Part shown: piece by piece, positions 1-9,976 of the stretch | Position numbering within the stretch: the stretch's first letter is position 1 | How the letters are laid out: each line of letters starts with the position of its first letter | Assembly: GCA_020052955.1 (NCBI GenBank) | Contig: JAGVOB010000137.1 | Span: 1 to 52,224 of the forward strand | Length of the DNA: 52,224 nucleotides | Source: Candidatus Omnitrophota bacterium | Lineage (GTDB): Bacteria > Omnitrophota > Gorgyraeia > VGKN01 | Direction: 5' to 3' | The notes under the pieces: generated by a model | Database searches by the model: none | Told to the model about the DNA's origin: nothing | What the model saw: only the letters and a program-made list of their open reading frames with translations | Position numbers and translations under genes: made by a program

Positions 1-1687
1 GAATCGCCAACAATTGCTTTTTTAAATTATCAATAATCGTTTTTTGTCTAATATGAAGCTGAGTGGCTATTGATGAGTTTATACGATTCTTTTCTTCTGC
101 GATTTTTTGATAAATAGCAGTCAAATATTTTTTAGAAGCATCAATATTTTTTATAAGATCTTTGCGTTTTTTTGAATTTAACAGTTTAGAATTAACAATA
201 GTTATGGTTTCTTCAAGGCTTTGTTTTAATTCGATACATGCTTCGCGTAAACGATACAATCCAGTTTTGTTATTCCGAATTAGAAAATTCCACAATATAT
301 TTTCGAGATTAGACACATCATCGTCAAGGGAAGACTTAGACTGCCGGTTCTCCCATGCCTTTTGTGCACTGAGCAAAATAGGAGCTGATGGAAGTAAATT
401 GGTTATCCCGTATTTATTAAATGTATTTAATACGTACTCCAATAGTAACTTTTTTTGTCCATTTGTTAAATTATCAGCCTTATTAAGAACGAAGAAAAGC
501 CTATCAACCCCTGAAACTATTTTCTTTAAATCATCAATATGATATTTCGTTATAGAGAAACCGCCGGTAGCCATGGTTGAAGCATCAACTACATAAATTA
601 CAGCATCACTAAGACTTAATGCTGCCGATGTAATATTCTGAATATCAGGACTAGGATCATCAAGCCCCGGGATATCAAGAAAAGAAATTCCTTTATCTAG
701 ATTGGCGTTAATTAATTTTACAGTAATAAGCCTAACTCTTTTTTTATTATCTGGATTTTCATTCTGAGTGACGTAAGGTTTTAATGATCTTGAAGTCGCG
801 CTTATTTTTAGTGTCTTTTCGTCCATAAAGATAACTTCAACTTCATCTTTAGTACCACCAACAACAAAAACTGGAAGTCCCGTTGTCGGTAAAACATCTA
901 CGGGGCTAATTTCATGTCTAACAAGAGCATTAAGAAGGGTGCTTTTCCCTGCGCGACTTGGTCCAGTTACTGCAATTGTATATGTTGCTTGCTCTATTTT
1001 TTTGGTTAGCTCATTTATGCTTACTTTTAGAAATTGAGAATCAATATCTGATGTGCATGCTGCAATATTTGTGCAAAGTGTTAAAGCATTTTCTCTCAAC
1101 TTAAAATACTCACCTGGAACTAAGGGTATTCTAGCTTCTTGCTTCCAGTTAAACACATATGCCGCTATATCGTCAAAGGTGCTTGATGACAATTCAGTCG
1201 TGTTTTTAAGGTGTAAGCATATATTTTTCTGAACCAACCATTTCGGATTTTTCTTGGTAAGTTCTGATGCAAAAGATTTATCGATCCAACAATAGTGTAT
1301 TCTTTTTGAATTGATATCAAATCTGCAAAGCATTACCGGTTCTGTGGAATTAAGCCAGTATCTAATCGTATTTACTTTTTCCTCAATACAAAAAACACCA
1401 TCTATGGTAGGTTTATCACTTCTTGCTTTAAGTTGAACTGAAAACTTTTTGCCAGTTGCAATATTGTCTTCAGAATTAACAATCGGTTTAGTAATTTCAA
1501 CCATCGCATCTATGCCATAATCATGAGATTGCCATCTTGTGACCATCCAAGGTGCAATTATTAATTCGAAATAATTTTGGGAAATTATTTCTTTAGTTTT
1601 TTTAGACGACACTATTGGCATCCCCACCTTTCCGCCTAATTGTTTCTTTTGCTTCTTTTTTGCAAATACACGTTTTTTTACATTCAT
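1..1687 (-). CDS. DUF4365-type nuclease-like domain fused to a dynamin-family GTPase; the 3' end leaves the window (absent from the supplied ORF track)
   Basis: Own translation of the minus strand from ATG 1687-1685 (alternative ATG 1621-1619 preceded by AAGGTGG). It reads MNVKKRVFAKKKQKKQLGGKVGMPIVSS...WMVTRWQSHDYGIDAMVEI...FSVQLKARSD (D...QxK core). GTPase motifs follow: G1 AVTGPSRAGKSTLLNALV, G3-like FLDIPGLDD, G4 VLNKAD. The frame stays open to position 1. The P-loop codon phase was checked against the ATG. Confidence 0.75.
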   Translation of the reverse strand, partial: MNVKKRVFAKKKQKKQLGGKVGMPIVSSKKTKEIISQNYFELIIAPWMVTRWQSHDYGIDAMVEITKPIVNSEDNIATGKKFSVQLKARSDKPTIDGVFCIEEKVNTIRYWLNSTEPVMLCRFDINSKRIHYCWIDKSFASELTKKNPKWLVQKNICLHLKNTTELSSSTFDDIAAYVFNWKQEARIPLVPGEYFKLRENALTLCTNIAACTSDIDSQFLKVSINELTKKIEQATYTIAVTGPSRAGKSTLLNALVRHEISPVDVLPTTGLPVFVVGGTKDEVEVIFMDEKTLKISATSRSLKPYVTQNENPDNKKRVRLITVKLINANLDKGISFLDIPGLDDPSPDIQNITSAALSLSDAVIYVVDASTMATGGFSITKYHIDDLKKIVSGVDRLFFVLNKADNLTNGQKKLLLEYVLNTFNKYGITNLLPSAPILLSAQKAWENRQSKSSLDDDVSNLENILWNFLIRNNKTGLYRLREACIELKQSLEETITIVNSKLLNSKKRKDLIKNIDASKKYLTAIYQKIAEEKNRINSSIATQLHIRQKTIIDNLKKQLLAI

Positions 1688-1731
1688 GTTTTCACTCGCC
1701 TTTGAGCGATATCTGTTAAACAAAACATTAT

Positions 1732-4700
1732 TTATAGGACATGATCCCTTAACAAATATCCTGTTATTGAGCCCCTTTCCACTAGAAAATTTAATACGAC
1801 AATGATTTGTGTTTTAAGCGGTAAGGTTGTTTTGATTTTTTGGCGATTTATAAAAACATATCGTCTGATGATATTTTCTATATAATAAAGGGTGTTTATC
1901 TCTAATTCTCCTGAAATATGGTGGTTATTTTTCTGTAAGATATTGCTTATCCAAGCTGTACCGTCTTCAATAAAATTACTTCCAATGTCATTGAGGATTT
2001 TTGAAATAGAGTATAAAACTGAAGGATGATAACCAATGTCTTCCGCAACTTTTTTGTAGAATAATTTTTCTCTTTCCTTCAGTGTATGCCATTCTTTTGC
2101 CTCCTCTTTCCAATATGGCCATGCTAAAAGATAATTATGTATAATTTCTTTTACATAATATGGTCTTTGGTTCTTGCATATTTCAACTATTTTGGGGTAA
2201 AAAGCATTCCACACTATCCAAAAGTTGTCATATTGATTTAATCTGTCTTCTACAGAAATAAATTCTTGGAAAAAGTCAGCCATTTCTCTTGAGGCGCTAA
2301 AATTATCAACGAAAGGTTTTAAGTATATCGCGATTTCTTCCTTAGTCGAAGTTAAAATAAAATATGCTAGTTTTTCCAAAAACCTTTGCTTTAGAGTATA
2401 GTCAAACTTATCATCATCTTGCAAAAGTTTTTTAGAGAAGACGGAGAAAATAACGTTTAAGAATTTTTTATGGTCTTGATTTTTTGTTCCCAAGGGCAAA
2501 AGTTCAAATGCGGTTTTTAAAGTGTCTAAATCTAATTTCTCCAAATTGTTTAATTCATCATAAGTAATCTTATTCGAAACCATTTTTATAAGTTCATTTT
2601 CATACTTCTTCTCAAAAAATTCAAAAACCTGCGTCTCGACATGTTCATAGATACCCTTTTCGTGATTTTCTTTCCTGATTTGTGCTCTTAAATCATCACA
2701 TTTTGGCTTTAACAAAAGATAGCCCAAAAAGATAGCATGAGCATCATCAAAATTCGTTTCCCACAAACTATGAAGAATACCTCTAATAGCAAAAGTCGAT
2801 ATTTCTCTCCATTGATTAAGTAATAACAGTAATAATAATGTTTTGACTTTTCCCTTATCTTTTGGGAAACGCTTTATAATCTCAGGCAAAATAATAATAG
2901 CTGCTTTAGTACCGTCGGAGATTTGGTAATGATACTGCTTGGCCCTGATTGGGAGGGCCGCAAAACCAACAATCATTTCTTGACAAAATGCTTTGTCAGC
3001 ATCATTTAATTTATCAAAAAAGTCACGTATTAGGACAGAGCAGGCGTATGATGGGATTGAATAATTAAATAAGTAGAAATCTTCTTCGGGCTTATTTTTT
3101 AGCCTCTCGACAATTTCTTTTGTTTCACTAATTATCAATTGTGCGTTGCTTTCGTATTGTTGATATTTTTGATATTTATCTTTTTCCCCTTCGAGCCTAT
3201 AATCAGCCCATATTTTTAACGGCGTGTATTTCATTGGGGCAGAAGATTTCATTAAAGAGTCTTCACTATACTTCTTTAGCTCCGGATCGATTTCGGGGTT
3301 AAATTCTATTAAAACTTCTTCATCTTTCTTTTCAACCGTTGGACGCATTTTTCTTCTGTCCATTCTTGCTAAATATAATCTCCATATTTTATCAGAGTCG
3401 GTTTCCAGAGACTTGTCCGGTAAATTTAAATAATATTTATCTAATATTTCCCATATGGTTTTTTGTCTTTCCTTGACTTCGTTTTCGCTTTCATCTCCTA
3501 ACCTAAACAACTGATAACGGAGCGCCAAGTCTTCTAATGAAAGCTTCCGATGACAATCATCGCATGATTCAATTCTTTCGTTTTCGTATATTTCATTTTT
3601 ATAGTTACTTGGAAACCCATTTTTAAATGCTACTAGATGACTTTTTTGCTGTTGATCGAGCATCATTCTGCCTGCATCATAAAGAAAAAACTCTTTTGTC
3701 TTAAAAAGGATTTTTGCGATATTGAAAAGCTTAGAGGGTTGAGCAAGAACTATACTTGTAACTATGGCAGTTATTGAAGAGGATTTTGAATTTTCAATAA
3801 GATACTGACACCATTTTTCGATGTTTTCCTTTGATTGTGATTTTGCATATTCAAGAAACCATTTTTCGAGTGCCATATGTATGGATTCAAGAAGAGATGT
3901 CGAGACTTGTGTGCCTCTGTACATGTTCCAGAGTCTGTTGCTTATATACTGTTTTATCGGTTTTGCTTCACCAACAAAGATATTCACTTCTTCTATTTCA
4001 TCATTGAGTTCAGATTTTGCGTAGCATTCAATGGACTTATTTGTAAACGATAGAATAAAATCAACTGTTTCTTTAGGATCAACTCTTAAGAGCTGAAACA
4101 CTGGGGTTTGGAATGCACTTGCCGGGAAGTAATCAAAATCGTGTTTTTCGGAAAGACCAAAATCTTTTTCAACACCTATTGAATGATACTCATATCTATC
4201 TGCTTTTTCAGGGGGATGAAACCAAAAAGGATCTGCCAGTTTTATAACATAATTGGGAAGGCTTTTTACAACTTCAAATCCATCTGTTATTGATGTTAAA
4301 ATTGTTTCGACGATTTCATAATATTTATCTCTATGGCCAGTTTGTTTTTTAGAGATAATTTCATCAAATATAGATTTTAGCTCATCGATAATTTCTGAAG
4401 CGCCCTGCAGAATTACTCTTATTAACTGTTCTTTCCCATCGTTACGAAACCCGTATCCGAAACCACCATTTTTTGCGATTTTATCATAATAAAACAGTGC
4501 TATTTGACTTGCCTTTTTTGTTGTCTCTCCTGTTTTGTTTTTATTATTCCAATCATCTAGCAATGGAAGAATAGTATTTATATTCTGCGAATCAAGGGCG
4601 TCTTTGTTTTTGTGTATTAAACCTATTACAGATATCCAACCTTTTCCTTTAGGTCTTGTAAATAGAGTCTTTAATGCAATATTTGTTGTTTTGCGTATAC

Positions 4701-6498
4701 CGAGCAAACTCAAAAAACTTTCGTCAATGTCCTTGCAAGCTATCCTAAGCAGAAAAATAAGCCTCATTAAAAGATTTTGCTTATTTTCTAAAAGTTTGCT
4801 TTCAAATAATTGGAAGAACCTCTCTGAATAATCGGATAGCAGTACTGATATATAAATCTCATCTTTCCAATAATTTTCGATTCCATTATCTGTGATAGAA
4901 GCATCTATTAATGAACTGACTTCGCTCTGGTTGCTAATCAATTTTTCCGAAAGCCAATTTCTAAAAGCTCTTCGAATTGGCAATGAACTTCCAATTTCAT
5001 GAAAAAAGTCCGCATATTTCACCGAATTACAAAAGCTCCGTTCTATTATCTTATCCAATGCCCATTCCTCATAAATATCATGTGCAATAAAGTATCCGCC
5101 GGCTTTAGAGTCATATTTAATAATTTCATCGGCTTCTAGATTTTGAAGTATCACATTATCATAAATATCAGACTGGACAAAGAGATGTCCGTCATTAGCC
5201 CTTTTTTGTGCAATTTTCAGAAAACATTCTTCTCTTCTTCTATGGATATTATCTTTTTGGTATGCCGATTTTGATATTTGCTTATTCCACATGATTTCTT
5301 TGAAATCAGCAAAGCTTGTTTTATTATTTAGCTTGTCGTAACTCTGGAGATACTCATTAAGATAAAAAGGGCATTGTAATAACTCTAGTAGCCTTTCATT
5401 ATTTGGTAGAATAAAGTTATTCTTATTCGAAATAGCAGTGAGATCCTCAGCCGTTAGATTATCAATATTTAATGCTTGGAAACTAATGTGATAGACTGCT
5501 ACAAATTGAAATTTAAGGTCATCTAAATAACTATATCTTGTTGCAAATATAATCTTCCACTTGTTCGCGAGCAGAGCAGATAAAAATTCCTGAAAAACTT
5601 CTTGATTTTCAACGTCAGATAATTTTTCAGCAGAATCAATGACTATATATTTTTCATCTATGTTTTGATGTTCTTCGATGAAGCCCAACAACGTAAACTG
5701 CCCATAATTAGCAAAGAGATGGTTAATATTAGGGACATTAAATTCAATAGCTTTAAAGATAAAAAATGGGGTTTCCTCTTTTAACGAGCCATAAAGGTCT
5801 TTAATTACAGCGGTTTTCCCGACACCAGCTTTACCACTTAAAATTAGTAGCGGAGATTCAACGACAATACTTTTGATATTTCCAATAATCGAAGACCTGT
5901 CAATTTTAATTGACTGCCCTTTGAATTTTATTTCGCAATGTATCGGCGTAAGGATTGATTCGGTATGTAGAGTCAATTCGTTAATAAAATCAATTATGCT
6001 TTTGTCAAGGCTGAAAAAGTGTTTCGCTATTCTTGCATTTTTTTCAAGAGCAAGTTGCGCTTCAAAATGGCTCGGAATTCTCCAGTCTATTTCAACATTT
6101 TGAGTTTTAGCGTAATCCTCAATGTCTATTTTGTAAGATGGTTCCTTCTGGTTTCCTTTACTGCTTTCTGAGAATTCCTGGTTTATATAAAATAGGATTT
6201 TATCGAGCTTTGAATTCTTGGCTTTTGCCTTAGCAATAGAATCTTTTATGTCTGTTTTATTTTCACTAATTTTTGTTTCATAAAACTTTGCTTGAAACCC
6301 TATTAATTTGCCTTCATATTCAATAGGTTCTGATTCTATACCCGCCTGATTTTTATACCTAAATAGCCCCGTTTTTATATTAAATTCACTACAAAATAGA
6401 AGGGAGCAAAGCCATTCAAAAGACTTTTGTTCTTTCCCGTTAAATTTTGCCTTAAAGTTATTCCAGTTTATCTCTGTTAAAGATGAATTTGTTTCCAT
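1732..6498 (-). CDS. Giant Avs-like STAND NTPase: N-terminal Mrr-like (QxK) nuclease module, P-loop NTPase, >1000-aa helical C-terminal array
   Basis: 1588-aa ORF. N-terminus AGIESEPIEYEGKLIGFQAKFY; Walker A LSGKAGVGKTAV; Walker B YIVIDSAEKL; long helical repeat-like tail. Only 44 nt separate it from the downstream GTPase gene. Confidence 0.7.
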   Translation of the reverse strand: METNSSLTEINWNNFKAKFNGKEQKSFEWLCSLLFCSEFNIKTGLFRYKNQAGIESEPIEYEGKLIGFQAKFYETKISENKTDIKDSIAKAKAKNSKLDKILFYINQEFSESSKGNQKEPSYKIDIEDYAKTQNVEIDWRIPSHFEAQLALEKNARIAKHFFSLDKSIIDFINELTLHTESILTPIHCEIKFKGQSIKIDRSSIIGNIKSIVVESPLLILSGKAGVGKTAVIKDLYGSLKEETPFFIFKAIEFNVPNINHLFANYGQFTLLGFIEEHQNIDEKYIVIDSAEKLSDVENQEVFQEFLSALLANKWKIIFATRYSYLDDLKFQFVAVYHISFQALNIDNLTAEDLTAISNKNNFILPNNERLLELLQCPFYLNEYLQSYDKLNNKTSFADFKEIMWNKQISKSAYQKDNIHRRREECFLKIAQKRANDGHLFVQSDIYDNVILQNLEADEIIKYDSKAGGYFIAHDIYEEWALDKIIERSFCNSVKYADFFHEIGSSLPIRRAFRNWLSEKLISNQSEVSSLIDASITDNGIENYWKDEIYISVLLSDYSERFFQLFESKLLENKQNLLMRLIFLLRIACKDIDESFLSLLGIRKTTNIALKTLFTRPKGKGWISVIGLIHKNKDALDSQNINTILPLLDDWNNKNKTGETTKKASQIALFYYDKIAKNGGFGYGFRNDGKEQLIRVILQGASEIIDELKSIFDEIISKKQTGHRDKYYEIVETILTSITDGFEVVKSLPNYVIKLADPFWFHPPEKADRYEYHSIGVEKDFGLSEKHDFDYFPASAFQTPVFQLLRVDPKETVDFILSFTNKSIECYAKSELNDEIEEVNIFVGEAKPIKQYISNRLWNMYRGTQVSTSLLESIHMALEKWFLEYAKSQSKENIEKWCQYLIENSKSSSITAIVTSIVLAQPSKLFNIAKILFKTKEFFLYDAGRMMLDQQQKSHLVAFKNGFPSNYKNEIYENERIESCDDCHRKLSLEDLALRYQLFRLGDESENEVKERQKTIWEILDKYYLNLPDKSLETDSDKIWRLYLARMDRRKMRPTVEKKDEEVLIEFNPEIDPELKKYSEDSLMKSSAPMKYTPLKIWADYRLEGEKDKYQKYQQYESNAQLIISETKEIVERLKNKPEEDFYLFNYSIPSYACSVLIRDFFDKLNDADKAFCQEMIVGFAALPIRAKQYHYQISDGTKAAIIILPEIIKRFPKDKGKVKTLLLLLLLNQWREISTFAIRGILHSLWETNFDDAHAIFLGYLLLKPKCDDLRAQIRKENHEKGIYEHVETQVFEFFEKKYENELIKMVSNKITYDELNNLEKLDLDTLKTAFELLPLGTKNQDHKKFLNVIFSVFSKKLLQDDDKFDYTLKQRFLEKLAYFILTSTKEEIAIYLKPFVDNFSASREMADFFQEFISVEDRLNQYDNFWIVWNAFYPKIVEICKNQRPYYVKEIIHNYLLAWPYWKEEAKEWHTLKEREKLFYKKVAEDIGYHPSVLYSISKILNDIGSNFIEDGTAWISNILQKNNHHISGELEINTLYYIENIIRRYVFINRQKIKTTLPLKTQIIVVLNFLVERGSITGYLLRDHVL

Positions 6499-6779
6499 AT
6501 GTCACTTTCGATCCATAAATTAGTCATTCTTTTTATTGATGCTTCGTCGCGCGCATTTTTACTACCTTGATTACTAGAAATAATCAATCAAAGTTAAGAT
6601 TATTCTCTCAATTTACTAGTTGATATAATCTATCATTTTTAAAGAAGTTTGACAAGACTATCTAGTGACATCGGGAAAGTAGATAGTCTATTTAACCAAC
6701 CCGTTCGCAGTTCACCGTGATATCCTTCCAAAAGCGAAAGGTTTATTAATGCTCTTTACTACTCTATAATTACAACAAA

Positions 6780-7349
6780 ATGTACACGAATAATCCCAAA
6801 GACAAAGAAAGCATTAAAGATACTACTGAGAAATATGCTGAAAGTTATGCGACAAGCAAAACAGAGGCTTCGGATTTCCCTGAATCCGGAGATTTTGTAA
6901 GTAACTTGTTCAGAGATAAACTTGCTGAACAAAAGGAATTAATGAGCCAAGCCTTGTATCTGATAGATGAAAGGCAGATGCTTTTCAAAAGAAACCTTAA
7001 GGAGCTGGAAAACGCAATTACCAGAACTCATAACCTTGAGTTTTCTATTCCATCACCTCTAATGTATGAGCCTCCTTCACTTGATAGCTGGAAGAACAGG
7101 GTTACCCTGGAAAAAACAATTACTGATATTGAAACAAAGAAATCTGCTGAATATGTTCGCTCCTGGCAAGATATTGCGCAGTTGAAAAAAGACTTGTGGC
7201 CGGTTATTTCAGAATATGTCAGGACAAAGAAGAAATTGGAGATGATCGCAGGAGAAAACAGTCAAGATGAAATCTTCAACCCGCGCAAGAAGGAACCGGA
7301 AAATCGCAAGGAAACTATGATATATATCCTGCCGAGGAGAATACCTTAA
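6780..7349 (+). CDS. Hypothetical coiled-coil protein, translationally coupled to the HerA-like gene
   Basis: 189-aa ORF, charged and heptad-like (KELENAITR..., KKLEMIAGE). Its stop lies 1 nt before the next ATG (7351). Confidence 0.5.
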   Translation: MYTNNPKDKESIKDTTEKYAESYATSKTEASDFPESGDFVSNLFRDKLAEQKELMSQALYLIDERQMLFKRNLKELENAITRTHNLEFSIPSPLMYEPPSLDSWKNRVTLEKTITDIETKKSAEYVRSWQDIAQLKKDLWPVISEYVRTKKKLEMIAGENSQDEIFNPRKKEPENRKETMIYILPRRIP

Positions 7350-7350
7350 A

Positions 7351-9411
7351 ATGCCCACCAGAACTAATGACTCAGACATTAAAGAAATGCTATTAAAACT
7401 ATTGCCTGTCTTAGGCAGAAAAGACATTGAACAATTATGGCTGACTTATTGCGTATCTGATGAAAAAGAAAAGGCTGAAATATCCCAAAGACTAAAACTT
7501 ATGCTGGTACAGAACCTTGACCAGGGCGTTACCAATCAGACATCCTTATTTCTTCCCCCGAGTGAATTAGGCGCCTCCGGTAAGTATCGGGTCGGAAACG
7601 TAATTTATGGAGGCAAAACACTTTATCCTTTCGGCCTTGAAGACAAGGAAATCTGCGAGCATATTTCCATCTGCGGCAGGACAGGCGCCGCGAAAACAAC
7701 GGTGCTTTTTCACATATTGCTGGAGATGATGAAAAAGAACCCGGATGTTAAAATACTGGCATTTGATTGGAAAAGGGAATTGCGTTCCTTGCTAAATGAA
7801 CCGTCTTTGGCAGGTAATGTAAGGGTATATACAGTCGGCAGGGATAATGTTTCTGGAATTAGTTTTAACCCGCTTATCCCGCCGCCAGGAGCGATCATCA
7901 CTAACCATCTTGAGAATTTACTCGATATAATATGCCGCTGCTTTTATGCCGGTGAAGGAGTTTACGACATCCTAACAAGGGCAATTGATGAATGTTACAG
8001 GGAATTTAAGGTTTATGAAGGCAAGGCTAAAAGGTACCCTACTTTTTTGGATGTCCATAATAAAATACAAAGCTATCAGCTTAAAGGAAGAGAGCATGAG
8101 TGGAAGAGTTCTGCATTAAGGATTACCAGGACGCTTGGGTTCGGTGAGTTTGGTAAAATCGTCAATATTCCTCAGCAATATCCATTGGAAGAGTTGTTCA
8201 ACCAGCATGTGATATTAGAAATGGATGTTCTGCCGATGGCGAAAAGAGTGTTCTTTGTAAGCAGCTTACTTTTGTGGCTTTATAATCATGCCTTGTCCAA
8301 AAGAAGTAATGAGCAGAATTATGACCAAAACCTCAATAGGATAGTGGTTATTGAAGAAGCGCATAACATCGCAACGAAACATGTCACCAGTACCAGAGAG
8401 TCAGTAGTTGAGATGCTCATAAGACAGGCAAGATTTCTTGGTCTCGGTTTGATACTGATAGACCAGACTCCAAGCCAGCTTTCACCGGTTGTTTTAGCAA
8501 ATACTCATGTCCATATTAATCTTAACCAGAAAAATGGACCAGACATTAACACAGCCTCAAGCAATCTTTTGCTTGATGATAATCAAAAAAGGTGGCTATC
8601 CCAGCTCAAGGTGGGCGAGGCAATAATAAGGCTATCAGGCAGATACCTTTTGCCTTTTGTGATTAGGGTTGACCCTGTTAAAATCAAAGAGAAAATCGTA
8701 ACTGATGAAGTTGTCAGCGAGCATATGAAGTTATTGCGGTTAAGTTATTCTAACGATTCGGCTTGCGAAACAGTAAATAATGGCAGCAATGGTGTTATTC
8801 GTAACGGGGCTAAGTATAAAGACAAATTAACAGAAAAAGAGATAGTATTATTCAAGGATATAATAGAGCATTCCTTTATAGGGATTGCCCAGAGATACAA
8901 AAATTTAGATATGACAGCGGAACAAGGTAACAAGACAAAATTGGGATTATTTAATAAAGGCGTGGTAGACGAAGAGAAGGTAAATACCGGTAAATCCCAG
9001 ATTCTGTTATTAAGGCTAACTAAAGTTGGTGAAGAGATAGCTACTGAATTAGGATTTCCGGTTAGCCGAATAGATGGACAGGCCTCATTGGAACACGAGT
9101 ATTGGAGGAACAGAGTTGCTCAATATTGCCGTAACTTTGGCTATCAGGTAAAGTTTGAAGTTCGTGTTAATGGTGACTCGGATATAGTTGCAGAAAAAGG
9201 TGATTTACGCATAGCGCTTGAAATAGAGACGGGCAAGAATGGCGTTAACGATGCCATAGATAACATACAGAAGAACCTCAAAGCAGGGTTTGAGCAAATC
9301 ATATCCGTTGCCACTAATAAGGAGTTTTTTAGGGAATTGCAGAATAAGGTTAAGGAAACGGGACTGGGACCAAATGACCGGGTAAAGGTTGTGCTGTCTG
9401 ATAAATTCTAA
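7351..9411 (+). CDS. HerA/FtsK-superfamily (DUF87-like) ATPase fused to a winged-helix region and a C-terminal PD-(D/E)xK-like nuclease domain
   Basis: Walker A ICGRTGAAKTTV; Walker B RIVVIEEAHN. The C-terminus GDSDIVAEKGDLRIALEIETGK resembles a YraN/Hjc-type endonuclease core, with the lysine displaced. Confidence 0.65.
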   Translation: MPTRTNDSDIKEMLLKLLPVLGRKDIEQLWLTYCVSDEKEKAEISQRLKLMLVQNLDQGVTNQTSLFLPPSELGASGKYRVGNVIYGGKTLYPFGLEDKEICEHISICGRTGAAKTTVLFHILLEMMKKNPDVKILAFDWKRELRSLLNEPSLAGNVRVYTVGRDNVSGISFNPLIPPPGAIITNHLENLLDIICRCFYAGEGVYDILTRAIDECYREFKVYEGKAKRYPTFLDVHNKIQSYQLKGREHEWKSSALRITRTLGFGEFGKIVNIPQQYPLEELFNQHVILEMDVLPMAKRVFFVSSLLLWLYNHALSKRSNEQNYDQNLNRIVVIEEAHNIATKHVTSTRESVVEMLIRQARFLGLGLILIDQTPSQLSPVVLANTHVHINLNQKNGPDINTASSNLLLDDNQKRWLSQLKVGEAIIRLSGRYLLPFVIRVDPVKIKEKIVTDEVVSEHMKLLRLSYSNDSACETVNNGSNGVIRNGAKYKDKLTEKEIVLFKDIIEHSFIGIAQRYKNLDMTAEQGNKTKLGLFNKGVVDEEKVNTGKSQILLLRLTKVGEEIATELGFPVSRIDGQASLEHEYWRNRVAQYCRNFGYQVKFEVRVNGDSDIVAEKGDLRIALEIETGKNGVNDAIDNIQKNLKAGFEQIISVATNKEFFRELQNKVKETGLGPNDRVKVVLSDKF

Positions 9412-9424
9412 AGAAAAGCCGGGT

Positions 9425-9592
9425 TCATAAGTCCTTTGGCTGGATTGTCTTCCTGCGGTTGGCTTTTGCCCTTGAGACCGCTTTTTTAATGAGCTCGCCT
9501 ACCTCTTTACTTAGCGCCTGGGGAAAACTATCAGTTATTCTCATGCCAGCAGCCTTCTTTATTCTCTTTAGAACGATAAGAAGATTGCTCAT
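9425..9592 (-). CDS. Small histone-fold-like protein (55 aa, below the ORF-track size cut-off)
   Basis: Own translation: MSNLLIVLKRIKKAAGMRITDSFPQALSKEVGELIKKAVSRAKANRRKTIQPKDL. The pattern (R-I-T/S..., A...A...RKT-I...D-L) resembles archaeal histone / DUF1931-type single histone folds. Its ATG directly follows the stop of the upstream 112-aa ORF. Confidence 0.45.
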   Translation of the reverse strand: MSNLLIVLKRIKKAAGMRITDSFPQALSKEVGELIKKAVSRAKANRRKTIQPKDL

Positions 9593-9931
9593 TTAACCAA
9601 CCGTTCTTAGCAGCTGGTTTGCTTTTGGTCCCAGTTTGCTTATTAAAGGCGAGTATTCTCTGAAAATTTTGGACATCTCTGGTTTTTGCTTCATAGCCTT
9701 AAGTTCGTTTAATAGTATAAAAAGATTAAGATATACGATAGAAAGCCTTATAATGGCATCTGACAGGCTCGCTTCTGATTCCGACTGAAAAAACCAGCTT
9801 ACGTATGAATTACCCGGATTTTCCGCCTGCTTTAGCCGTTTGAAACCAATACAAAACTCAACTTCTTTTATCCCTGAAGCAAGTCTTTTTAATAAATCTT
9901 CCAATGTTATTTGCATGGTCTTAGCGTTCAT
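9593..9931 (-). CDS. Hypothetical protein
   Basis: 112-aa ORF in the same orientation as the integrase module. No motif recognised. Confidence 0.4.
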   Translation of the reverse strand: MNAKTMQITLEDLLKRLASGIKEVEFCIGFKRLKQAENPGNSYVSWFFQSESEASLSDAIIRLSIVYLNLFILLNELKAMKQKPEMSKIFREYSPLISKLGPKANQLLRTVG

Positions 9932-9976
9932 TTTTTATTATAGAGGGTCCTGTATAAATATTTTTCGTTTTTCTTT

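Noticed and set aside
162-542. 126-aa plus-strand ORF from the track
   Set aside because: It lies antisense to the continuous dynamin-GTPase reading frame, has no SD, and its sequence is low-complexity and hydrophobic. It is most likely a shadow ORF.
3224-6103. Several 67-98-aa plus-strand ORFs (3224, 3821, 4535, 5873) inside the 1588-aa gene
   Set aside because: These are antisense shadow ORFs rich in S/F/L, as AT-rich coding DNA typically produces. They have no SDs and no motifs.
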